30,057 nt of DNA from a virus (lineage: Duplodnaviria > Caudoviricetes): positions 1 through 30,057 of IMG/VR virus record IMGVR_UViG_3300034355_000367; one strand, 5' to 3'. The position numbers and the translations under genes are program-made. Every line of letters starts with the position of its first letter. Position 1 is the stretch's first letter. A model generated the notes under the pieces. The model was not told the DNA's origin. It made no database searches and saw only the letters and a list, made by a program, of their open reading frames with translations. Below are positions 1-8,869 of the stretch, one piece after another.

Positions 1-1
1 T

Positions 2-868
2 ACCAAACGAGTTCTTGGATATCTCCATAAAACAATTCGTCCATTAAATATGTTACGTCAACTAGAAGATGCTCTTTTAGTTTATAGAGTGGCTCGTGCA
101 CCAGAACGTCGAGTGTTTTATGTAGACGTTGGTCAATTACCAAAACAAAAAGCAGAACAATATGTTCGTGATATGATGAGTCGCTTTAGAACACGACTCA
201 CATATAACCAAGCAACAGGTGAAGTACGAGATGAGCGTAATCATCTATCTGTTCTTGAAGACTATTGGATTCCACGTCGTGAAGGTTCAAACGGAACTCA
301 AATTACCACACTTCCGGGTGGTAATGCTATGTCACAAATTGAAGACGTAGATTACTTTAAGAAGAAACTTTATGCATCTTTAAATGTTCCATTAAGTCGT
401 TTGGCATCTGATCAAACTGGATTTAATATGGGACGATCTGTAGAAATTACAAGAGAAGAAGTAAAGTTCTATAAGTTCATTGAACGTATTCGTCATCAGT
501 TTAGCAAACTATTTTTAGATTTATTACGTGTTCAAATGATTCTTAAAGGAATCATGACGGAAGATGATTGGAAAGAATTACGTCCAGATATTAATATTGT
601 CTTCAATACAGATAATTATTTCTGGGACCTAAAAGAATCAGAAATTCTTGCAGAACGATTAAAGATGGTTCAGTTTGTTGATGCATATGTTGGAAAATAT
701 TTTTCTTCAGAGTATGTTCGTAGAAATATTTTGAAACAAACCGAAGAAGAAATGCGCAAGATGGATGGAGAAATGGAAGTTGATCGTCAACGAATTCAAC
801 AAGAACAACTTGCACTTCAAGCACAGCAACAAGCAGCAGCAGACCAGCAACAGGGAACTCAACAGTGA
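2..868 (+). CDS. gp20: T4-like portal vertex protein (5'-truncated by window edge)
   Basis: Frame is open from base 2 (TKRVLGYLHKTIRPLN...). Motifs VYRVARAPERRVFYVDVGQLPK, EDYWIPRREG, ITTLPGG, LNVPLSRL and EITREEVKF are typical of T4-like portals. Q-rich C-terminal tail. Confidence 0.97.
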   Translation, partial: TKRVLGYLHKTIRPLNMLRQLEDALLVYRVARAPERRVFYVDVGQLPKQKAEQYVRDMMSRFRTRLTYNQATGEVRDERNHLSVLEDYWIPRREGSNGTQITTLPGGNAMSQIEDVDYFKKKLYASLNVPLSRLASDQTGFNMGRSVEITREEVKFYKFIERIRHQFSKLFLDLLRVQMILKGIMTEDDWKELRPDINIVFNTDNYFWDLKESEILAERLKMVQFVDAYVGKYFSSEYVRRNILKQTEEEMRKMDGEMEVDRQRIQQEQLALQAQQQAAADQQQGTQQ

Positions 869-1293
869 AAGATTTTCAATCATTGATATTAAAAAGTGGT
901 ATGCAACACCTCATTCAAAAAAATGAGCCCATGTTTAAAAAGTCATTGATTGATGTTTTGTCGTTTAAATTGAATGAAAATATCAATTTTTTAACACTTC
1001 AAACAAATAAAAGTTTATTATACAGTAAGTATAAATCAACTGAACTTACTGAAAATATAAAACTTTTTATTGAATTTTTAGAATCATATGATCCTAAAAC
1101 TAATACAAAATTAAAATTGAAAAATGATAGTGTTATAAATATTACTGAGCAAGAAATTGCAGAGATTAAAAGTCTATTTAATCAACTGAGCCCAAATAAT
1201 AGACAAAAGATGGCTGAAACAATTTTTGAAAATAAAAATAGTTTGGATCAACATTTGGAGTTTTACGGAAAAACAAAGGTACTAATAAAATGA
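865..1293 (+). CDS. Hypothetical protein, probable prohead core component (gp67/gp68 position)
   Basis: GTG start overlaps the gp20 stop. Lies between portal and protease and carries several (L/I)-X-E motifs. Confidence 0.6.
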   Translation: MKDFQSLILKSGMQHLIQKNEPMFKKSLIDVLSFKLNENINFLTLQTNKSLLYSKYKSTELTENIKLFIEFLESYDPKTNTKLKLKNDSVINITEQEIAEIKSLFNQLSPNNRQKMAETIFENKNSLDQHLEFYGKTKVLIK

Positions 1294-1454
1294 ATCAACA
1301 AGTAAATGAAATGATTAAGAATATGATTGATGAGAATGTTGTGGCTTTCAAAGAGAACACTGCCAAGGTTCTTTATGAAAAAACTGGTAAAAAAATTGAA
1401 AGCGTCTATCAAACAGTTGCTCAAAATCTTTTAAATCAAAATAAATCCAAATGA
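1290..1454 (+). CDS. 54-aa putative prohead core protein (gp67-like position), absent from the ORF track
   Basis: Hand translation: MNQQVNEMIKNMIDENVVAFKENTAKVLYEKTGKKIESVYQTVAQNLLNQNKSK*. ATGA overlaps at both ends couple it to the upstream gene and to gp21. Confidence 0.75.
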   Translation: MNQQVNEMIKNMIDENVVAFKENTAKVLYEKTGKKIESVYQTVAQNLLNQNKSK

Positions 1455-2095
1455 AACTAATAACTGAAATTAACGAAGATATAAAGTACGTTAAAGAAAA
1501 TACTGGAAACGGTGAAAAGAATTATTTCATCGAAGGTATTTTTATGCAATCTGGTGTAAAGAACCGCAATGGTCGTGTATATCCTCAAAGCACTTTACTC
1601 AAAGAGTGCAAACGATATATTACTGAATATGTTGATAAGGGTCGTGCATTGGGTGAATTAAACCATCCAACTGGTCCTACAGTCAATCTTGATAGAGTCT
1701 CCCATATTGTAAAAGAGCTTCACGAAGATGGTAATACCATTTACGGAAAAGCCAAAGTAATGGATACTCCAATGGGTCGTATTGTAAAGAATCTCATTGA
1801 AGAAGGTGCTCAACTTGGAGTATCGACTCGTGGTATGGGTTCTCTTAAGTCAAAAAATGGGTACCAAGAAGTTCAAGAAGATTTTATGCTTGCTGCTGTT
1901 GATATTGTTGCAGACCCATCAGCTCCTAATGCCTTTGTAAACGGTATTATGGAAGGTAGAGAATGGATTCTTGAAAACGGATCCTGGTCAGTAAAAGATT
2001 ATGAGAATGCTCGTAAAATTATAAAGAATTCTTCAAAGAGTGCATTAAATGAAAATATGTTAAAACTCTTTAACAATTACTTTAGGAGTATGTAA
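1451..2095 (+). CDS. gp21: Prohead core scaffold protease
   Basis: Motifs MKLITE, IEGIFMQ, NRNGRVYP, ALGELNHP, GVSTRGMGS and DIVADPSAPNAFV. Confidence 0.97.
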   Translation: MKLITEINEDIKYVKENTGNGEKNYFIEGIFMQSGVKNRNGRVYPQSTLLKECKRYITEYVDKGRALGELNHPTGPTVNLDRVSHIVKELHEDGNTIYGKAKVMDTPMGRIVKNLIEEGAQLGVSTRGMGSLKSKNGYQEVQEDFMLAAVDIVADPSAPNAFVNGIMEGREWILENGSWSVKDYENARKIIKNSSKSALNENMLKLFNNYFRSM

Positions 2096-2934
2096 TGAGT
2101 TTTAATCTAATAACTGAAGGATCCAAAGATTACATGAAATATGTACTTCAGTTATCTGAGGCAAAAAAGTCATCAACTACTAAACCCAAAAAAACTTTAC
2201 CAACAGAGTCAAAACCTGTTATTAATGTTCCTACTGAGGATCAAAAACGTCCAATTAAGGCTGCTGGATCTGGTGGTAGTGAGGAGTTTTTTAGAAATAG
2301 TAAACCAAAATGGGACGATGAATTTCTTGAGACAAAACCATACGACAGAACAAAAAAGAATGACAGTTTAGTTACTCCTATTTTATTTGGTGGTAGCAAC
2401 CTACCAAATAATAAAGGCAAGATGCTAAAGAAAGGTGCTAATGGTGAGGATGGTCCCGAAGAGACCGATGAAAGTGGTGGATTAGATTATCTTACCAATG
2501 TAGCACAGGGTGCAAGTATTGTTGATTATGCAGATCAAATGTTACCAGCAGCAGCTAAATTAGCTTTAGCTGCTTCATTATTTGGTAAAAAAGTTAAAAA
2601 AACTCCTGATGGTGATGATGGTAAAAATCCTAATACCGGTATTCCTTCTAGTGGTAATCCAGCTCTTGATAGCTTTAATATTGATGTTATGAATAAAGTT
2701 AAAGAATATGCTGGTGGAAAAAATCTTGGTCCTCTTGGGGATAAGGTGTTCAAATACTCACAAAATTTAGGGGCATTAGATCCACTTAATCCTTTATTGG
2801 GATTAAAATTGGGTTATGAAATGCTTGGTGGAAATGAAATTCTCAAACGTACACGAGAAATTGGAGCAGCCCAAAGTTCTGGGGCGCAATCAAGTATGGG
2901 TCACCCATCTGGTTTTGGATATTATGGAAGATAA
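2095..2934 (+). CDS. Hypothetical 279-aa Gly/Lys/Pro-rich protein between gp21 and gp22, possible internal head protein
   Basis: Long ORF coupled to gp21 through TAATG. No family recognised. N-terminal LITE and LSE motifs. Confidence 0.6.
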   Translation: MSFNLITEGSKDYMKYVLQLSEAKKSSTTKPKKTLPTESKPVINVPTEDQKRPIKAAGSGGSEEFFRNSKPKWDDEFLETKPYDRTKKNDSLVTPILFGGSNLPNNKGKMLKKGANGEDGPEETDESGGLDYLTNVAQGASIVDYADQMLPAAAKLALAASLFGKKVKKTPDGDDGKNPNTGIPSSGNPALDSFNIDVMNKVKEYAGGKNLGPLGDKVFKYSQNLGALDPLNPLLGLKLGYEMLGGNEILKRTREIGAAQSSGAQSSMGHPSGFGYYGR

Positions 2935-2940
2935 GAATAT

Positions 2941-2948
2941 TATAAATA
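2941..2948 (+). promoter_or_regulatory. T4-type late promoter TATAAATA upstream of gp22
   Basis: Exact consensus in the intergenic gap, and gp55 is encoded in the window. Confidence 0.85.
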
Positions 2949-2973
2949 ATTTAAGCTTAGGGATTAACACACT

Positions 2974-4023
2974 ATGAAACAAAATAAAAAACTAAATCTA
3001 TCAGAAGCCGCTAACCAAGTTATGGGTGTATTGGATGCCACCGGAAAGTCGGATGCTGACGCATCTGGTCGAGGTTCCATGTTACCCGGACCAATTACCG
3101 GTATGCCCCCAGCCACTACCCCAACCAACGGTATGCCATCAGTTCCAGCAGCAGCAATGATTTCACAAAAATACCTTGCTTCAATTGGTCAAGGTGGAGC
3201 TGCTCCAGTAGCTCAAGAATCTGATGAAGCTGAAGGTTCGGAAGAAGAGATGGAATCAGAAGAAGATGAAGATGAGAAGAAGAAAGAAGTTCAAGAGAAT
3301 TTCCGCAATGCTCTTATCTCTCTCCTAGGTGAAGAAAATATCAATGAGGATGCACTAGGTCAACTCGAAGCAATCTTTGAAGTTGCTGTTGCTGACCGTG
3401 TTGAAACACAAGTTGCCAAGATTCTTGTTGACCTTGATGAAGGTGCAAAGGGTTATCTTGAGAATGTAACAAATTCGCTCGTAGAAAAGGTAGATGACTA
3501 TCTTGAGTACGTTGTCGAAGAGTGGATGACTGAGAATGCAGTTGCAGTTGAGCAAGGTGTAAAAACCACTATTGCTGAGAACTTCATCTCTGGTCTTAAA
3601 AATCTCTTTGAGAATCATTACATCGATGTTCCAAATGAAAAATATAATGTTCTTGATGATCTATATGCACAAAATAGAGAACTTGAAAACCGTCTCAACG
3701 AATCTATTAAGTTCTCAATTGATCTTAAGAAGGAAGTTGCTCTAACTGAGTGTGCCGGAATCTTTGTTTCTGAAACCAGAAACATGGCTGATACACAAGT
3801 TTCCAAATTACAAAATCTAATGGAAAACATCAACTTCAATACTCCTGACGAGTATCGTAACAAGTTGGTTGCAATCCGAGAAAACTATTTACAGGGTGGT
3901 CGCGTTTCTGCACCCTCTAAACCAGTCGATGAGGATATGTCGTTCTCACAGGCTGTATCTGCTCCAACCACACTTGTAGAAGGTTATGCAAATGTATTGG
4001 GAAGATTGAATAAGAAACTTTAA
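2974..4023 (+). CDS. gp22: Prohead core scaffolding protein
   Basis: IFEVAV, KVDDYLEYVVEEWMTENAVAVEQG and F..GLKNLFENHYIDVP motifs. Acidic, and directly upstream of the capsid gene. Confidence 0.93.
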   Translation: MKQNKKLNLSEAANQVMGVLDATGKSDADASGRGSMLPGPITGMPPATTPTNGMPSVPAAAMISQKYLASIGQGGAAPVAQESDEAEGSEEEMESEEDEDEKKKEVQENFRNALISLLGEENINEDALGQLEAIFEVAVADRVETQVAKILVDLDEGAKGYLENVTNSLVEKVDDYLEYVVEEWMTENAVAVEQGVKTTIAENFISGLKNLFENHYIDVPNEKYNVLDDLYAQNRELENRLNESIKFSIDLKKEVALTECAGIFVSETRNMADTQVSKLQNLMENINFNTPDEYRNKLVAIRENYLQGGRVSAPSKPVDEDMSFSQAVSAPTTLVEGYANVLGRLNKKL

Positions 4024-4034
4024 ATTTACTAATT

Positions 4035-4042
4035 ACTAAATA
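4035..4042 (+). promoter_or_regulatory. Late promoter variant ACTAAATA upstream of gp23
   Basis: CTAAATA variant in the intergenic gap, followed by an AAGGAG Shine-Dalgarno (4055-4060). Confidence 0.7.
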
Positions 4043-4071
4043 ATTTTATCCAACAAGGAGATACTAATAAA

Positions 4072-5523
4072 ATGCAATTTCAAGAAAATACCCCGTATGA
4101 TGTTTTAACCGAGAAATGGAATCCAGTGCTCAATCACGCAGCTCTGGCTCCAATCGGTGATGATTACCGTAAGAAAGTTACTGCCGTTCTTTTAGAGAAC
4201 CAAGAACAAGCCATTCGCACCCAGCACCTAACAGAAGATATGTCTTCTGGTAACTTTGGTGGTCCATCGACCTCTACTGGTTACAATACTGGTGCAGTTT
4301 CTGGATATGATCCAGTGCTTATCAGTCTTGTTCGTCGTTCTATGCCAAATCTAATGGCATACGATATCTGTGGCGTTCAGCCTATGACAGCCCCAACTGG
4401 GTTGATCTTTGCAATGCGTACACAATATGGTAAAGGTACCAATTATACTAGTAATGACTACACAGAAGCTCTTTTCCAGGAGCCATTCCCACAGTACGGT
4501 GGTTCTGGTTATACCTTAACTGGTCTTTCTGGTGCTGGTGTTACTGCTGGTTCTGGTCTCAATGCTGACCGTAACATTATTGCTGGTTCATGTGGTGGTG
4601 GTACTGCATGGGCTCAAGGTTATGCTGCTGCTGGTATCAACTCATTCAATGCCCTTCGTGGTATGTTGACCAATTTTGGTGAAGGTATTGGTTCAGCCAA
4701 TGCAACATCACCATACCAAGCATTTAATCAAATGTCATTCTCGATTGATAGAGTTGCAGTTCAAGCACGTACACGTGCTCTGAGCAGTAATTACACTGTT
4801 GAATTGGCACAGGATCTAAAGGCAGTCCATGGTCTAGATGCAGAAGCCGAACTCGCAAATCTTCTCAGCACTGAAATTCTTGCTGAAATTAACCGCGAAC
4901 TAGTCCGTACCATCTATTATGTTGCAAAACCAGGATCACAACAAGGTGATTTGGGTCTAAAGGGTATGTATAACCTTTCTGGCGACTCTGATGGTCGTTG
5001 GTCTGCAGAACGTTTCCGTGGTCTTAGTTTCCAAATCGAGCGTGAATGCAATGCAATCGCCAAGGAAACACGTCGTGGTAAGGGTAACTTTATCATCTGC
5101 GACAGTGATACTGCTGCAGCTCTTGCAATGTCAGGCTTTATGAGTCTCTCCCCCGGTATTGCACCACAACTAAATGCTGATGACACACAATCAACATTTG
5201 CTGGTGTACTTAACGGTAAGGTCAAGGTTTACATTGACCCGTACGCCCCACTTGGTGCTAACTTCTTTGTAGCTGGCTACAAGGGTGAAAGTGCATATGA
5301 CGCAGGTCTGTTCTACTGCCCATACGTTCCGCTCCAAATGGTTCGTGCTGTTGATCCTGCTAGCTTCCAACCACGTATCGGGTTTAAGACTCGTTATGGT
5401 ATTGTTGCCAATCCGTTTGTACTTAATGCCAATAAAGTTCCGGATGCAGAAACTCTCTCTGCTGGGTTGAACCAATACTACAGATTGAGCGCAATCGCCA
5501 ATCTACACGGTAACGGTGCCTGA
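4072..5523 (+). CDS. gp23: Major capsid protein
   Basis: KW.PVL, LLENQE, LISLVRRSMPNLMAYDICGVQPMTAPTGLIFAMR, ELAQDLKAVHGLDAEAELANLLSTEI, YCPYVPL and FQPRIGFKTRYG. Confidence 0.99.
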   Translation: MQFQENTPYDVLTEKWNPVLNHAALAPIGDDYRKKVTAVLLENQEQAIRTQHLTEDMSSGNFGGPSTSTGYNTGAVSGYDPVLISLVRRSMPNLMAYDICGVQPMTAPTGLIFAMRTQYGKGTNYTSNDYTEALFQEPFPQYGGSGYTLTGLSGAGVTAGSGLNADRNIIAGSCGGGTAWAQGYAAAGINSFNALRGMLTNFGEGIGSANATSPYQAFNQMSFSIDRVAVQARTRALSSNYTVELAQDLKAVHGLDAEAELANLLSTEILAEINRELVRTIYYVAKPGSQQGDLGLKGMYNLSGDSDGRWSAERFRGLSFQIERECNAIAKETRRGKGNFIICDSDTAAALAMSGFMSLSPGIAPQLNADDTQSTFAGVLNGKVKVYIDPYAPLGANFFVAGYKGESAYDAGLFYCPYVPLQMVRAVDPASFQPRIGFKTRYGIVANPFVLNANKVPDAETLSAGLNQYYRLSAIANLHGNGA

Positions 5524-5551
5524 GTATTAAGTTAGACTGTAAGTTAACAAT

Positions 5552-5586
5552 AAAACCCTCCCAAGAAATTGGGAGGGTTTTCTTTT
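5552..5586 (+). terminator. Rho-independent terminator after gp23
   Basis: AAAACCCTCCCAA-GAAA-TTGGGAGGGTTTT is a perfect 13-bp stem with a GAAA tetraloop and a T-rich tail. Confidence 0.92.
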
Positions 5587-5589
5587 ATC

Positions 5590-5597
5590 TATAAATA
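5590..5597 (+). promoter_or_regulatory. Late promoter TATAAATA upstream of gp3
   Basis: Exact consensus, 5 nt before the ATG at 5603. Confidence 0.8.
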
Positions 5598-5602
5598 TTC
5601 AT

Positions 5603-6139
5603 ATGGCAAATCTAAATTGTTCAGGTAATACAAATCCTCTATATAACAGTTATTTTTCTTTATTGTTTAATAGAGGTACATCACAATTTGAATTACTATG
5701 TCAACGTGTAAATCTTCCAGGAATTTCTGTACCTAGTTTAGTGCAACCAACAACGTTAGGAACAACAATTCCAGTTCCAAGTATGGTAGCAGCCTTTGCT
5801 GATTTATCTGTAGAATTTATAGTTGATGAAAATATGACTAATTGGAAGTCACTATATTCATGGATACGCAATATTTCTAATATTAAAGATGATAGTAGTA
5901 ATAATTTAGAATATTATAAATGGCATACAACTGCAACATTAAATATCTATTCTGCACCATATACTATTAATGGGTGTAATACACCAATAACTGTAACCTT
6001 TATTAATATTGTACCAGTTTCACTTGGTGGACTACAGTTTCAATCAGACGCAAGTGATACATCTATTCAAAAAACAACATGTGCCTTTAAATATTCATAC
6101 TATACAATAACTCCCGATGCACCCAGTGTATTGAGTTAA
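5603..6139 (+). CDS. gp3: Tail tube terminator/completion protein (gp3, gp19-like fold)
   Basis: CQRVNLPGIS, F.DLSVEFIVDENMTNW..LYSWI, F.NIVPVSLGGLQF and FKYSYY. Syntenic after gp23 as in aquatic T4-like phages. Confidence 0.85.
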   Translation: MANLNCSGNTNPLYNSYFSLLFNRGTSQFELLCQRVNLPGISVPSLVQPTTLGTTIPVPSMVAAFADLSVEFIVDENMTNWKSLYSWIRNISNIKDDSSNNLEYYKWHTTATLNIYSAPYTINGCNTPITVTFINIVPVSLGGLQFQSDASDTSIQKTTCAFKYSYYTITPDAPSVLS

Positions 6140-6810
6140 ATATAGTCATTTGGATTATCAGACCAACTTTCTGGGTTATCTGATGGAAGGTTGGGATCAT
6201 AAGACAATTTATTTGGACCAGGCTTGCCTTTAGATCGTTTTATAGGCTTAGGTTGCTTCGGAGCCTCTTCGATCAACAAATCCTCTACAGAGGGTTCCTG
6301 CTTGTCAGATTCTTCTATTTCTTCTCCGTCATCGTCACCATCTACCATAATTTCAGCACCTTCATACGTATCTATCAAATCATTGACAAAATTAACAAAA
6401 TCTTCATTATTAAAGAGATCTGTCAATAGATGAAGTCCTGCTTCTGGACCAAATTCTGTATTTTCTGGGGCACTTGTAATTAATGATTTGGGATCAGTTT
6501 CCATTGCAGTATGATATATTTCATACATTTTTTCTAGTTCAACTGTTGCACTACCAATGTATACGATAACGTGGCGAAATATTGAAACTTCGGAACTTCT
6601 TATATTTGAAAGATAATTTGTTAATTTACAATATTCAATCATTTCACCTAACGCATCTCTCATCATATATGATTCGATTAGAGCAGGCATTTTTATGAAT
6701 ATTTTTTCTGAAGATGCTTCACTTACTAAACCAACAATTTCTTCGCCAGTAGTAAGTTTAATAACTCTTAGAATTCCACCAAAGGGAGTTTCTTGTACTT
6801 CGTCAGCCAT
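6136..6810 (-). CDS. Hypothetical protein with an N-terminal Sm-like motif and acidic C-terminus, typical uvsW neighbour
   Basis: VIKLTTGEEIVG motif. AGGAGGG Shine-Dalgarno upstream on the minus strand. Confidence 0.65.
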   Translation of the reverse strand: MADEVQETPFGGILRVIKLTTGEEIVGLVSEASSEKIFIKMPALIESYMMRDALGEMIEYCKLTNYLSNIRSSEVSIFRHVIVYIGSATVELEKMYEIYHTAMETDPKSLITSAPENTEFGPEAGLHLLTDLFNNEDFVNFVNDLIDTYEGAEIMVDGDDDGEEIEESDKQEPSVEDLLIEEAPKQPKPIKRSKGKPGPNKLSYDPNLPSDNPESWSDNPNDYI

Positions 6811-6825
6811 AGTAACCCTCCTAAT

Positions 6826-8328
6826 TTATTTATCATCGGTAGGTAGTGGCATAGACATTATCTTATAATCAAACTTTTCTTTTTTATAAATTTTAATTCG
6901 TTCTTCAAAATGTCTATAAACATGGTTCTTGTATGACATGTAACAAAGGTCATCAACAATATCATAAACTTTTAAAGTTTTCTTTTTAGCAGATATACGT
7001 AAACCTCTACCAATACTTTGCAATAAACGAATTATAGATTTCGTAGGAGAGGCAAGAATAATATTATCAATGTTGACAATGTTAATGCCAGTACTAGTAG
7101 TACCGTAACTCGCAACCAATATGGCATTAGTTTGTGTATCCACGATACGTCGGATCGATTCTCTTGCTTCACTTTCTGTCTTTCCATGAATAAGATATAC
7201 TTTCTTATCCGTTCCTGCTGCATCAATGAGAGCGTGGAGAGGTTTCCCGTGTCCTTCGACGTAGTTGAAGAGGATGAGTGTGTTACCTTTGGTATGAATT
7301 GCGAGTTCTTTGACAAATTCATTCCTCCTACTATTACTTATTATAGTTTTGATTTCATCAGGATATTTTTGCTTCTTCATATCCTGTTTCTCTTGGTCTG
7401 TATACTTCAATACAATGCAGTCAACAGCAAGAGTAGCAAGTAAACCTTTGTTCATTAGGCTCTTTGTCTGAATAAATTGTACAGCAGGTCCTAGAATGCC
7501 TTCTATGCTTAAACGATGTGCCTGCGTTTGATCTAATGTGCCCGTAGTACCAATACGAAACCATGCTTTAGTTAACTTCTGACCAATTAGGTTAATAGAT
7601 TCGGCTTTGGCTTGGTGGCATTCATCAAAGAAGATTGCATCAAACTGATCAAACCATTCTCTAGGTAACTTGTAGATAGATTGCCAAGTAGAAACAATTA
7701 CTTGTTTGTTGGTATCTTTTTCAAGCCCTGCACTGATTTTATGAATATATTTTCTTGATAGCCAAGAAGGATCTGCCTTTGAGTAATCAAAGAAATCTGT
7801 TTCCATCTGTGTAACTAGCCCCACAGTTGGAACCAAAACTAAAATCTTTCTGTCTGATTTTATTACGGAGAGTAGATAGCGGAGCAAGACGTAGATTATT
7901 AAACTTTTTCCAGAACCTGTCGGAGATATTATTACACACCGATGAGCGTTTATAGCGTGAAGAATTGCTTGGCTTTGGTGAGGGTGCATTTTGACCCTCT
8001 GTTTCTTTACAGAAACTTTCAGTGTCTCGTAGAAATCCAGAAGTTTCTCCTCCGTTATGCATAGGGGATTCCTGCTCTCTTTAATATTTAAAGTATATTG
8101 GCGGTCTTTACAAAACTTACTAAGGTAAGATTTAAGACCTCTTGGAAGAGTGGAAGATAGAATATCAAATAATCGTATTTTACCATCCCATATACGCCGT
8201 TTAAATAATGGCATATACTCAGCACCAGGAATCATGAACGAGAAATAATCTCTCAGTTCTTGTTTGACTCCCTTTTCTGTTTTTATATAGTAACGAACTT
8301 CGTCTACAGATTCAACTTCTACATCCAC
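6826..8328 (-). CDS. uvsW: SF2 DNA helicase UvsW
   Basis: WDGKIRLF, Walker A SPTGSGKS, STWQS, DECH, TGT and QSIGRGLR. Confidence 0.97.
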   Translation of the reverse strand: MDVEVESVDEVRYYIKTEKGVKQELRDYFSFMIPGAEYMPLFKRRIWDGKIRLFDILSSTLPRGLKSYLSKFCKDRQYTLNIKESRNPLCITEEKLLDFYETLKVSVKKQRVKMHPHQSQAILHAINAHRCVIISPTGSGKSLIIYVLLRYLLSVIKSDRKILVLVPTVGLVTQMETDFFDYSKADPSWLSRKYIHKISAGLEKDTNKQVIVSTWQSIYKLPREWFDQFDAIFFDECHQAKAESINLIGQKLTKAWFRIGTTGTLDQTQAHRLSIEGILGPAVQFIQTKSLMNKGLLATLAVDCIVLKYTDQEKQDMKKQKYPDEIKTIISNSRRNEFVKELAIHTKGNTLILFNYVEGHGKPLHALIDAAGTDKKVYLIHGKTESEARESIRRIVDTQTNAILVASYGTTSTGINIVNIDNIILASPTKSIIRLLQSIGRGLRISAKKKTLKVYDIVDDLCYMSYKNHVYRHFEERIKIYKKEKFDYKIMSMPLPTDDK

Positions 8329-8332
8329 TCAA

Positions 8333-8340
8333 TATTTATG
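8333..8340 (-). promoter_or_regulatory. Late promoter-like CATAAATA upstream of uvsW
   Basis: One mismatch to TATAAATA, 4 nt before the GTG start. Confidence 0.5.
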
Positions 8341-8346
8341 GTAATA

Positions 8347-8784
8347 TTAGACAATACCCTGAGTCATCTTAAACCAATCAATAGCGGACTTGATAGAGAA
8401 GTTTCTATTATTAAGAACTTTTAAAAATTCTTCAACCATCTTAACTTTAACTTCAATCACAGCAATCTTCAATTTTAATTCAATAATCTTTGGATCTGCC
8501 TCTATAAACTTTTCTACATCAGTCTTTAGTAGAGTCAGTCCATTTGGATCCTCTCCCCAGGCTTCCAATTCTTCACGACTAGCCTTACCAGTAAAGATCT
8601 TCCACTTACGGAGTTTAAGAATTGCTAGATCATTTACCTGCTTACATAGAATTAGTTTAAAGTCTGCATGAAGGCACAGGTATTTACTATGTAGTTGAGG
8701 AGTTCTAATAGCCTCATTTCCTAGTTCTGAAGAGTCAACAGAAGCGTCTTTAGAAATATTGAGTTTAAGGTCTTCTAGATTCAT
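8347..8784 (-). CDS. uvsY: Recombination mediator UvsY
   Basis: PQLHSKY, TGKA, LKTDVEKFIEAD and NRNFSIKSAIDW..F/M..G. Adjacent to uvsW. Confidence 0.92.
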   Translation of the reverse strand: MNLEDLKLNISKDASVDSSELGNEAIRTPQLHSKYLCLHADFKLILCKQVNDLAILKLRKWKIFTGKASREELEAWGEDPNGLTLLKTDVEKFIEADPKIIELKLKIAVIEVKVKMVEEFLKVLNNRNFSIKSAIDWFKMTQGIV

Positions 8785-8790
8785 ATGAGT

Positions 8791-8818
8791 ATTATAATAT
8801 AAGTCAAGAAAATGTCAA
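8791..8818 (-). promoter_or_regulatory. Sigma70-type promoter for uvsY
   Basis: Minus strand reads TTGACA (8818-8813), 16 nt, TATAAT (8796-8791), 6 nt, then ATG at 8784. Confidence 0.85.
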
Positions 8819-8827
8819 CTAAATAAC

Positions 8828-8855
8828 TTGACATCTTTATAAGTTGTATTATATT
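8828..8855 (+). promoter_or_regulatory. Sigma70-type promoter for the glycan island
   Basis: TTGACA (8828-8833), 16 nt, TATATT (8850-8855). GAGG SD at 8862-8865. ACTAAATA late-like motif at 8818-8825. Confidence 0.7.
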
Positions 8856-8869
8856 TAACATGAGGTTAT

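Noticed and set aside
603-8671. Short antisense or nested ORFs in the head and uvs genes (e.g. 603-824, 4917-5225, 7132-7443, 8390-8671)
   Set aside because: They lie wholly inside well-conserved genes and have no motifs or expression signals.
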